Origin: a virus | Lineage: Duplodnaviria > Caudoviricetes | Virus record (IMG/VR): IMGVR_UViG_2857429247_000001 | Location: 49,386 to 113,385 of that record | DNA length: 64,000 bases | Reading direction: 5' to 3' (one strand) | Part shown: piece after piece, positions 56,421 to 64,000 of the stretch | How the letters are laid out: every line of letters begins with the position of its first letter | How positions within the stretch are numbered: position 1 is the stretch's first letter | Notes under the pieces: model-generated | Told to the model about the DNA's origin: nothing | What the model saw: the letters and a program-made list of their open reading frames with translations, nothing else | Database searches by the model: none | Program-made: the position numbers and the translations under genes

Positions 56421-57188
56421 ATGGCTGATCCGAACATGCCGATCCGCCTGCGCGGGCTTCTGCCCGCCTCGTGGTTCTCCGACGGCCCGACACCGGTTCT
56501 GGATACGGTGCTGGCCGGCCTCGGCGCCCCCCTGGCCTGGGCCTACAGTCTGTACGCCTTCGTGTTGGCCCAGGCGCGCCTCCGTACGTCGAGCGGCGTC
56601 TTCCTGGACCTCTTCGCGCTCGACTTCTTCGGCACACGCTTCCCCCGCCGCCCCGCGGAAAGCGACCCGAACTATGAGGCGCGCATCGAAGCCGAACTCG
56701 TCCGCCCGCGCGCGACGCGTGCGGCCATGATGCAGGCGCTCACCGATCTCACCGGACGGCCGCCGGTCCTGCGAGAACTGTGGAACACCGCAGATGTCGG
56801 GGCCTACAACACGCCGACGAGGGCCTATGCCGGCGGACTCGCGGTGGCGCCGCGCGTCACCGGGTATGGGATCTCGATCGGCGGTTATGGGCGCGGGCGC
56901 ATCGGCTACGGCGTGCGCTCCCAGGCTGCGGGCACCTCGGCCGGAGCCGGCCGCTACGGCTCGCTGTCATTCCCGAACCAAGTGTTCATCACGGCTTATC
57001 GTCCGCAGCGTATCTCGCTGCGCTACCGCTCCGGCTACGGGGCGCCCCGTGGCGGATACGGACGCGGTCGCCTCGCCTACACCTCGCTGAGCGAGACCGA
57101 GAGCGCCGTCTCCGACGCCGACATCCTGGCCACCGTCGCCGCCACCAAGGCGGAGGGCATCACGGCCTGGGTCCGCATCACCGACTGA
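56421..57188 (+). CDS. Baseplate wedge protein (gpI-like)
   Basis: LDLFALDFFG..R...ESD..Y.ARI; follows baseplate J. Confidence 0.7.
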   Translation: MADPNMPIRLRGLLPASWFSDGPTPVLDTVLAGLGAPLAWAYSLYAFVLAQARLRTSSGVFLDLFALDFFGTRFPRRPAESDPNYEARIEAELVRPRATRAAMMQALTDLTGRPPVLRELWNTADVGAYNTPTRAYAGGLAVAPRVTGYGISIGGYGRGRIGYGVRSQAAGTSAGAGRYGSLSFPNQVFITAYRPQRISLRYRSGYGAPRGGYGRGRLAYTSLSETESAVSDADILATVAATKAEGITAWVRITD

Positions 57189-57260
57189 TCCCCCTTTCTC
57201 GCGACCGCCACCGACCCCGCCAGCGCGCGGGCGTGCGGACGCGCGCCCAAAGAGGTCCCC

Positions 57261-58703
57261 ATGACCGATCGCGTGACCGTCTACGCCGATGCGATCCCGC
57301 TCGAGACCGATCTCCTTCGCGCCGGCCAGTACGCCATGGTCGGCGACGCAAAGCTGGCCGAGGCCATGCTCGGCACCGCCACCGTCGTCAGCGGATTCAC
57401 CCTGACGCCCACCGCTCCGGCCTCGCTGGCCGCCGTTCTCGGGCCGGGACAGGTCTACCAGCAGGAGAACCTGGAGGCCTCGCCGTGGTCCTCCATGCCG
57501 GCCGATACGCACACCATCGTCAAGCAAGGGCTGCTCCTCGACGCGGTCAACCTGACCTTCACGCCGCCCACGACCGTCGGCTACGCACAGGCCTTCCTCG
57601 TTGAGGTGCAGTACTCCGAGGCTGACACCAACCCGGTGGTGTACCCCTATTTCAACGCCTCCAATCCGGACGTGCAATACAACGGTCCGGACAACAGCGG
57701 TTCGGCTCAGAGTTCGACGCGCAAGGGGGTCGTCGCCTACCAGATCAAGGCGGGCGTCGCCGCCACCGCGGGAACGCAGGCGTCCCCGACCCCGGATCCG
57801 GGTTGGGCGGGCCTCTTCGTGGTCACGCTGGCGCAGGGCGCCACTTCGATCACCCAGGGCAACATCGCCCCCTATGCCTTCGCCCCGTTTCTCCCGGCGA
57901 CGCTGCCGCAGGTTCCGGCCGCCGTGCAGTCGGGCAAGTGGACTTATGCCGAGGACAGCGGCACGGCCGACAACTACGTCGTCACGCTCACTCCGAACGC
58001 GGGGGCGCCCATCAAGGGGCAGCGGATCTTCGTCAAATTCGCCAACTCGAACATGACGACGAGCCCGGTCATCAACTTCAACGGTGCCGGGAACCAGCTC
58101 CTTCTGCGCAAGGATGGCACGGCGCCCGCGGTCGGCGACGTCCCGGTCGGGTGGCAGGAGGTGTTCTGCGACGGCACCGCGATCCGCTTCGCCAGCGTGG
58201 CCAAGAGCGATTATTCGCTCATCATCAACGCCACGACCATCAACCAGATCTCCGCGGCGCTGGAAAGCAACATCAAGACGACGGTGTTCAGCGCCGCGCA
58301 GAACACGAATATGTCCAACGGCGCGGCGACATCTCTCGTCTTCACGGACGCCAGCACGGCGGACTTCACCAACAACGGCGCCGGTGTCTTCACCTGCCAG
58401 ACGCCCGGCGCGTACAACATCTCGATCAGCTCGACGATCAGCACCAACCTGAGCCAGTCCGGCTCGAACGACGTGTTCGTGCGCATCTATGTGAACGGGC
58501 AGAGCGCGGCGTTCAACAAGTCGCCCTACTACGCGGCCGGCGCCGCCACCTACGATGAATACGTGCTCGCCAACCTCACGGCCGGCATCCTCCGGCTGAA
58601 CGTGGGCGACCAGATCGTCTTCGGTGGGGGCGTGACAGTCCCGTCCGGCTTCAACAGCGCCGTCGCCAAGGGCTTCGTCGCCGTCTTCACGCGTCTGTTC
58701 TGA
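57261..58703 (+). CDS. Tail fibre protein
   Basis: Baseplate-attachment N-terminus, YAEDSGTADNY, C-terminal C1q-like beta domain. Confidence 0.75.
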   Translation: MTDRVTVYADAIPLETDLLRAGQYAMVGDAKLAEAMLGTATVVSGFTLTPTAPASLAAVLGPGQVYQQENLEASPWSSMPADTHTIVKQGLLLDAVNLTFTPPTTVGYAQAFLVEVQYSEADTNPVVYPYFNASNPDVQYNGPDNSGSAQSSTRKGVVAYQIKAGVAATAGTQASPTPDPGWAGLFVVTLAQGATSITQGNIAPYAFAPFLPATLPQVPAAVQSGKWTYAEDSGTADNYVVTLTPNAGAPIKGQRIFVKFANSNMTTSPVINFNGAGNQLLLRKDGTAPAVGDVPVGWQEVFCDGTAIRFASVAKSDYSLIINATTINQISAALESNIKTTVFSAAQNTNMSNGAATSLVFTDASTADFTNNGAGVFTCQTPGAYNISISSTISTNLSQSGSNDVFVRIYVNGQSAAFNKSPYYAAGAATYDEYVLANLTAGILRLNVGDQIVFGGGVTVPSGFNSAVAKGFVAVFTRLF

Positions 58704-58712
58704 GGGTCTGCC

Positions 58713-59279
58713 ATGAACCCCTTCATGTACTATGCCGAAGCTCACGGCATGGACATCGCCTCCTTCTCGAAGGCGGCCGGTTTCCTGAATGTCGGCGGGA
58801 CTTGGTCGGTCACCGAATGGGATTGGTCGGCCCTCGGCACCCCTCCGTCCGCGGAGGACCTCGCCAAGGTCGCCGCGCTCCCTGAGCCGGCTCCGACGTC
58901 GGCGCAACTCGTCGCCTACGCGGAGGCAAAACAGGCCTCCCTGGTGAGTGGCGGGTTCTCGTTCAACATCGCCGCGCCCGGGCAGCCGGAGAACGTCATC
59001 CTCGCGGACACCGATCTCAGCGGCCGGACCAACCTCAACGGCCTCGTCGATCTCGCCAAGCTCGATGACGGTTTCACGTCGGTATGGGTCCAGGGAGGCA
59101 AGGGCGTCACCGTGACCGCGCCCGAGATCATCGCCCTCGGCGTCGCGGTCGGCAAGTTCGTCGTGGCGACCTACCAGACGCTCGCCGCCGTCTTCGCCGG
59201 CATCTCGGGCGGCTCGATCACGACGATCGCGCAGATCGACGCCGCGTCCTGGCCGAGCAACACGGGGGCGTCGGCCTAA
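58713..59279 (+). CDS. DUF4376-like fibre assembly protein
   Basis: LVAYAEAKQ..L..GG, I.GGSITTIAQIDAASWP. Confidence 0.65.
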   Translation: MNPFMYYAEAHGMDIASFSKAAGFLNVGGTWSVTEWDWSALGTPPSAEDLAKVAALPEPAPTSAQLVAYAEAKQASLVSGGFSFNIAAPGQPENVILADTDLSGRTNLNGLVDLAKLDDGFTSVWVQGGKGVTVTAPEIIALGVAVGKFVVATYQTLAAVFAGISGGSITTIAQIDAASWPSNTGASA

Positions 59280-59336
59280 AACCCGCCCGACCGTCCAACC
59301 CCTTCCACACAGAGGGGGCTGCGGGGAGAACCTTGC

Positions 59337-59969
59337 ATGACGTCCATCCTACAGCTCCCGCTGCTGCAGGTCGCGATCGAGACGGCGACCAACGAGGATT
59401 GGCGGGACGGGATCGCCTTCGCCACGGCGTCCGAAGCCGAGATGTACGCCGCACCCGGCAACACCGGCACCGCTACGCTCACGGCACTGTCGGTTCAACC
59501 CGGCGCGTCCGTGGGCGTCCATGCCGTGGCGATGAGCGACGCGGCCAACTTCCAGGTCTCGGATCCGGATGGGTTCGTGCTCGGATCTGGAGTCGTGGGC
59601 GTCCCGTTCAGCCGTTCCGGTCTGAGCTTCACGCTCCAGAGCAGCGGCGCGGCCTTCGTCGGCGGGGACACGCTCTACATCGCGGTCCTGCCTGGTCCGA
59701 TCGATCTCACCGGTCTGACCTTCCGCCTCCAGATCCGGACGGCGCCCGAGCAGACGCGCCTGTTCATGGACGTTTCGACAGCGGCCGGAACGATCATCAA
59801 CGGCGGCGTATCCGGCGTTCTGGGTCTGTCGGTGGAATCCGCTGTGATGAGCGGGCTGCCGCCCGGAGCGTATGTCTTCGACATCGTAGCCAGTGGCGAC
59901 GGAGTGGATCGGCGGTGCGTCACCGGCACGATCAACCACGTCACCGGCGTGACCCGCGCGGCCGCATGA
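59337..59969 (+). CDS. Virion structural adaptor protein (BppU-like)
   Basis: [28 protein letters not shown]-terminus. Confidence 0.6.
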   Translation: MTSILQLPLLQVAIETATNEDWRDGIAFATASEAEMYAAPGNTGTATLTALSVQPGASVGVHAVAMSDAANFQVSDPDGFVLGSGVVGVPFSRSGLSFTLQSSGAAFVGGDTLYIAVLPGPIDLTGLTFRLQIRTAPEQTRLFMDVSTAAGTIINGGVSGVLGLSVESAVMSGLPPGAYVFDIVASGDGVDRRCVTGTINHVTGVTRAAA

Positions 59970-59976
59970 GGTCGCC

Positions 59977-60282
59977 ATGACGTTCACGCCCCATCTCGTT
60001 CGACCGATCCCCAACGCGCCGCGACAGGCCGCGACCACGGGGGCGTCCGCGCCGGTCCCCGCCCCGATCCCCACAGTCGAGGTTCCCGCACGTATCCAGC
60101 CAGGCGGCCTGATCGCCGGTCCGGCAGGCGTGGCAGGTCCCGCGGGAGCGCCGGGTACGCAAGGATCGGCTGGACCGGCCGGGCCGGCCGGCCCCGAGGG
60201 GCCGGCGGGGCCGGCCGGACCGCAGGGCCCGAAGGGTGACCCAGGCGACACCGTCGCGACGATCGACGGAGGATTTTTCTGA
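59977..60282 (+). CDS. Collagen-like protein ending IDGGFF
   Basis: About 15 G-X-Y triplets. Confidence 0.75.
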   Translation: MTFTPHLVRPIPNAPRQAATTGASAPVPAPIPTVEVPARIQPGGLIAGPAGVAGPAGAPGTQGSAGPAGPAGPEGPAGPAGPQGPKGDPGDTVATIDGGFF

Positions 60283-60284
60283 CC

Positions 60285-61475
60285 ATGGCGACGATCAAGC
60301 TCAAGCGCCGCACGTCGGGCGTGGCCGGATCTCCGTCCGCGCTGGCCTCCGGCGAGGTCGCGTTCAACGAGGCCGGTTCGGACCTCAATCTCTACTACGG
60401 ATCCGGGGACAACGGATCCGGCAACGCCACGAGCATCATCGCCATCGGCGGGTTCGGCTCGGCTTGGCTCGCCAAGACGACGGCGCTGCGCCTCGACCAA
60501 TTCGCGGCCGCGACCGCGCCGCTGACCGGCGTCGATCCGACTTTGCCGGGGCATCTCGCGACCAAGAACTACGTCGACAACGCGATCCAGGGGCTGGATC
60601 CGAAGGCCTCGGTCCAGTTCGCCACGTACCAAGCTGCGCTGCCCACCTACACGGTGAGCGGCATGACCCTGACCGCTTCGGCGAACGGGGCGTTGACGGT
60701 CGATGGCGGGACGCCAGGCGTGGGCCAGCGCGTGCTGGTGAAGGATGAGGCGACGCAGGCCAATAACGGCATCTACGTCGTCACCGCCACCGGCAGTTCG
60801 ACGGCGCCGTGGGTTCTGACCCGCGCGCCCGATTTCAACACGTGGGCTGAGATCCCAAGCGCATTCACCTTCGTCGAGCAGGGCGCGAACAACGCCGACA
60901 CCGGTTGGCTGTGCTCGGCCGATCAGGGCGGATCGGTCGGCACAACGGCGATCACGTGGGTGCAGTTCTCCTCAGCCGGCATCGTGACGGCTGGAGTGGG
61001 TCTCGCGAAGACGGGCAATACGCTTTCCGTCGCGGCCGATACGGGCATCTCCGTGTCGGCCGCAGGCGTCCGGATCTCCGCCACCTATATCGGCCAAGCC
61101 TCGATCACGACGCTCGGCACGATCACGGCCGGCACATGGAATGGGACGGCGATCGGAGCGCCCTACGGTGGAACGGGGCTCACGGCAGCTGTCAACGGTC
61201 TGCTCAAGGGCAACGGGACCACCTACGCGGCGGCAGTCGCGGGGACCGACTATCTCGGGCCCTCCGGCGGGACGACCGTCACAACGGTCGGGACGATCGG
61301 CACCGGCACGTGGAATGGATCCGCGATCAGCCTCGCCTACGGCGGGTCTGGCGCCGATCTGAGCGCCGCGGCCGACGGCGCGATCTTCAAGAAGTCGGGA
61401 ACCACCCTCGTCGCCGCGGTCGTGGGAACAGACTTCTTGGCTCCCTCATCCGTAATCGATGGCGGGACCTTCTAA
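60285..61475 (+). CDS. Fibre protein ending IDGGTF
   Basis: N-terminal TIKLKR..GEVA module, ATKNYVD, RVLVKDE...NNGIYVV, repeated GTWNG..I...YGG.G. Confidence 0.75.
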   Translation: MATIKLKRRTSGVAGSPSALASGEVAFNEAGSDLNLYYGSGDNGSGNATSIIAIGGFGSAWLAKTTALRLDQFAAATAPLTGVDPTLPGHLATKNYVDNAIQGLDPKASVQFATYQAALPTYTVSGMTLTASANGALTVDGGTPGVGQRVLVKDEATQANNGIYVVTATGSSTAPWVLTRAPDFNTWAEIPSAFTFVEQGANNADTGWLCSADQGGSVGTTAITWVQFSSAGIVTAGVGLAKTGNTLSVAADTGISVSAAGVRISATYIGQASITTLGTITAGTWNGTAIGAPYGGTGLTAAVNGLLKGNGTTYAAAVAGTDYLGPSGGTTVTTVGTIGTGTWNGSAISLAYGGSGADLSAAADGAIFKKSGTTLVAAVVGTDFLAPSSVIDGGTF

Positions 61476-61810
61476 TGACGATCACGGCTCTCAGCGTCAT
61501 CCGTCGCGACCCGACGCAGGTCAGCGCGTCCGGATTGATCGCCGGCGCGACGGGGGCTCCCGGCGCGCCAGGAACCCCGGGTGCGGCCGGCCCGGCCGGG
61601 CCGCAAGGGCCGCCCGGCGCTCCAGGCGTTGACGGACTGCCCGGCGCCATGGGGGCTCCCGGTATCCCTGGATCTCCCGGCCGCGGCGTCTCCAGCGTGT
61701 CGGTCGATAACAACGGCCACCTCATCGTGACGTTCAGCGACGGCGCGCAGGCAGACGCGGGCGCGCTGCCGGCCACGGGTTCTGGCGCCGTGGACGGCGG
61801 CGACTTCTAG
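61475..61810 (+). CDS. Collagen-like protein ending VDGGDF
   Basis: G-X-Y repeats, [22 protein letters not shown]. Confidence 0.75.
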   Translation: MTITALSVIRRDPTQVSASGLIAGATGAPGAPGTPGAAGPAGPQGPPGAPGVDGLPGAMGAPGIPGSPGRGVSSVSVDNNGHLIVTFSDGAQADAGALPATGSGAVDGGDF

Positions 61811-61919
61811 CCTTCGGGCCACCCAGTCGCACTCATCCCCCCCCCTCGGTTTTCCCGCGTGCCTCCGTCCGGACAGCCGGGCGCGTCCGTGCGCGTGCGT
61901 CTGCTCCGCGTGAGAGATT

Positions 61920-63770
61920 ATGGCCAACACCATCCGGCTCCGCCGGTCGAGCACCGCTGGAAACACCCCTTCATCGCTGCAGGACGGCGAGGTCGCCATC
62001 CAGCAGGCCGACGGCATCTTCTTCTGGCGCGACTCGGCTAGCGCGGTTCGGCGAATGCTGTTCCCGAAGCGGTCGCCGGTCTCCGATGCCGCCTACACCA
62101 TCAAGGCGACGGACACCTACATCGCGATCTCCAGCCTCACGACGGGCCGGTCCTTCGCGTTGCCGCCAGCTTCCGCTTACGCGCCTGGGCAGGTCCTGAA
62201 GATCTGGGACGAGTCCGGATCCTGCGGAGCGAGCGCGCCCGTCACGCTCACCCCGTCCGGGTCGGACACGATCAACGCCACGACCAGCTACGTCATCCAG
62301 AACCCGTACGCGATCGTGCTCCTGTCGAGCGACGGCAGTTCGAAATGGCGGGCGATCAATCTCCTCGGCATCGGGGGGGACGCGTCGAAGGCCACGGTTC
62401 AGCCGACGCTCACTTCCGCGATCTCCCGCCTGTTGTCGGATCGCGCCGGCGATGTCGTCAACGTGAGGGATTTCGGGGCCATCGGCAACGGTTCGGCCGA
62501 CGACACCGCGAAGATCCAGGCCGCGGCCAATGCCGCGATCGCGACCGGCAAGGCGCTGTATTTCCCCGCCGGGCTGTATCTCATCAGCAGCACGATCAGG
62601 CTGTCCGGTGTGATGAACATCTACGGGGATGGCGAGGGAACGACGACCGTCGTCACGACCGCGAACGACGCTGTATTCACGTGGGATTTCGGAACTTCGG
62701 GCGGCGAGAACTTCTCGATGCAGGACATGCGCCTGCTTGGCCAATACTCCAGCGGCGCCGCAACGAGCAGTTCTGCCGGCATCACCTTCACGGGCTCTGG
62801 GTATATCCAATACGGTCGGTTCAAAAACCTGACGGTCCAGAGCCTTAATTATGGCTTTGTCAATAACGTTAGCACGCGCGTCACGTCGTTCGGCAACGAA
62901 AACAACATGAATTGGATCGCCTGGGACAATATCAATCTCCGGGCGGGATCGATCACCATGACATATGGCTGGTTCTCGGCCAAGGGATCGGGCACGGGCA
63001 ACACGTTCGTCCACATCAAGAGCGGCGGTGTCACCGGGTCGGTCCTGCGCTTTCAGGCCAACAGCCTGAATTCCTCCGATACGGTGGTCGTCGGAGACAT
63101 TGTCGTGCTCTCGGGCCACTTCGGCAGCGTCGACAGCGTCATCTCGGTCGGGCCGAACACGAACTATCGATCCAACATCGGTATCGTCGGCTCTCAGCTC
63201 GACGCTGGCGTCAACCGGCCGTTCGATTTCGATACCGACATCTCCAGCGTCCGGTTCGCCCGCATCCTCTATATGGGGAACAACAGCGGCGGCGGCGTCG
63301 ATATCACACTCAATCTTCCGCCGCTGGTCAACAGCGTCATCCAAGATCAGCTCGTCAGCGAGTCGTCGGCCGGCCAATACTGGCAGGGCAACGTCACGGC
63401 CATGAGCGGATCGAATTACTATACGGCCGCCGTCGTATCGGTCACGATCCTGCCATATCAGCTGGCGGCCGGGTCTGGCGCATGGTCTGCCACAGTTCTG
63501 GATCTCACCGCGGTCGGCGTTGCCGCAGGACTTGGAGCCATCGCGAGTTTCGCGAAGTATGCGATCAATCTGAACAACGGAACCGTGACCGTCACGCAAT
63601 TGCAGGCGACGCAGAAGAACTCGAACGGGCTGGATTTTACGTATTCCATCTCCGGCTCGACGGTTAAATTCTTTCTGCTTTTCCCGCAGTCTGCGTCTGG
63701 AGCCAGCTACGCGGACGTCCAGGCCCGCTGCCGCGGCGGAACGCACGTCCTCAAGCGCATCTCCTCGTAA
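61920..63770 (+). CDS. Tailspike/depolymerase with pectate-lyase-like beta-helix
   Basis: VNVRDFGAIGNGSADDTAKIQAA...LYFPAGLY; lower-GC C-terminal half. Confidence 0.85.
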   Translation: MANTIRLRRSSTAGNTPSSLQDGEVAIQQADGIFFWRDSASAVRRMLFPKRSPVSDAAYTIKATDTYIAISSLTTGRSFALPPASAYAPGQVLKIWDESGSCGASAPVTLTPSGSDTINATTSYVIQNPYAIVLLSSDGSSKWRAINLLGIGGDASKATVQPTLTSAISRLLSDRAGDVVNVRDFGAIGNGSADDTAKIQAAANAAIATGKALYFPAGLYLISSTIRLSGVMNIYGDGEGTTTVVTTANDAVFTWDFGTSGGENFSMQDMRLLGQYSSGAATSSSAGITFTGSGYIQYGRFKNLTVQSLNYGFVNNVSTRVTSFGNENNMNWIAWDNINLRAGSITMTYGWFSAKGSGTGNTFVHIKSGGVTGSVLRFQANSLNSSDTVVVGDIVVLSGHFGSVDSVISVGPNTNYRSNIGIVGSQLDAGVNRPFDFDTDISSVRFARILYMGNNSGGGVDITLNLPPLVNSVIQDQLVSESSAGQYWQGNVTAMSGSNYYTAAVVSVTILPYQLAAGSGAWSATVLDLTAVGVAAGLGAIASFAKYAINLNNGTVTVTQLQATQKNSNGLDFTYSISGSTVKFFLLFPQSASGASYADVQARCRGGTHVLKRISS

Positions 63771-63835
63771 GCGCTCCGCCTCCCCTGGCCCGTCCCGCTC
63801 CGGGACGGGTCCTCGTTCAAAACCCAGAGTTCCCG

Positions 63836-64000
63836 ATGTCCCTGCGCTCTCTCGCGCGGGCTGCCCTCGCTTGCCTTGTGCTCGCGGGACCGGCCGCGCT
63901 CGCACCAGCCCACGCCGAGGTCGGGAAGGCCTCCTTCTATGGATACGAGACGAGCCGTCGTGGCGCCCTGCGCGCGGATGGCTATGCCTTCGATCCGGAG
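63836..64000 (+). CDS. N-terminus of an RlpA-like (DPBB) lytic transglycosylase with signal peptide (truncated by window edge)
   Basis: MSLRSLARAALACLVLAGPAALAPAHA-EVGKASFYG...ADGYAFDP resembles the RlpA G.AS(W/F)YG...A.G..FDP start. Confidence 0.6.
   Translation, partial: MSLRSLARAALACLVLAGPAALAPAHAEVGKASFYGYETSRRGALRADGYAFDPE

Noticed and set aside
60285-63770. Diversity-generating retroelement, suggested by Mtd-like N-termini
   Set aside because: No reverse transcriptase and no TR/VR repeat pair differing at adenines in the window.
36812-63905. Long reverse-strand or alternative-frame ORFs (e.g. 36812-38479, 38097-39824, 38495-40096, 48754-50712, 56967-58907, 61971-63905)
   Set aside because: Shadow ORFs of high-GC coding DNA that overlap well-supported structural genes and have Arg/Gly/Pro-skewed composition.
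1-64000. CRISPR array, tRNA or rRNA genes
   Set aside because: No regularly spaced repeat-spacer units and no cloverleaf with T-arm/CCA were recognised by eye. The repeats found are dispersed or 8-bp tandem.

Overview
High-GC window, probably from an alphaproteobacterial host (Methylobacterium-like; inferred, not proven). It is part of a large temperate contractile-tailed phage, possibly a phage-plasmid. Left to right: the C-terminus of a DarB-like SNF2 helicase (1-1764); a long + strand train of small accessory genes (HNH, MazG-like, DUF1643, HD nucleotidase); a ~450-nt structured intergenic region; a degenerate serine-recombinase domain followed by a Cre/Xer-like tyrosine recombinase; many small hypotheticals; and a 7-deazaguanine DNA-modification locus (GT-like, ParB-N, dpdA-like, queC, folE, queD, queE). 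That locus is interrupted by reverse-strand gene cassettes (including an LPD29 protein), and queE is split by an IS1380 element with a 4-bp target duplication. A myophage morphogenesis module follows: TerS/TerL, portal, protease, capsid, a free-standing GIY-YIG endonuclease, neck, sheath, tube, a -1 frameshifted chaperone, tape measure with a muramidase domain, baseplate, fibres and a depolymerase spike. The window ends at the start of an RlpA-like gene. The most unusual signals are non-coding. There are nine dispersed arrays of phased octamers, a repeated promoter plus double-hairpin leader cassette in front of accessory genes, a second repeated promoter-like motif plus terminator in front of late operons, and three candidate structured RNAs. 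The distal fibre genes also share a C-terminal DGGxF motif and an N-terminal 'TI(K/R)L(K/R)R...GEVA' module.
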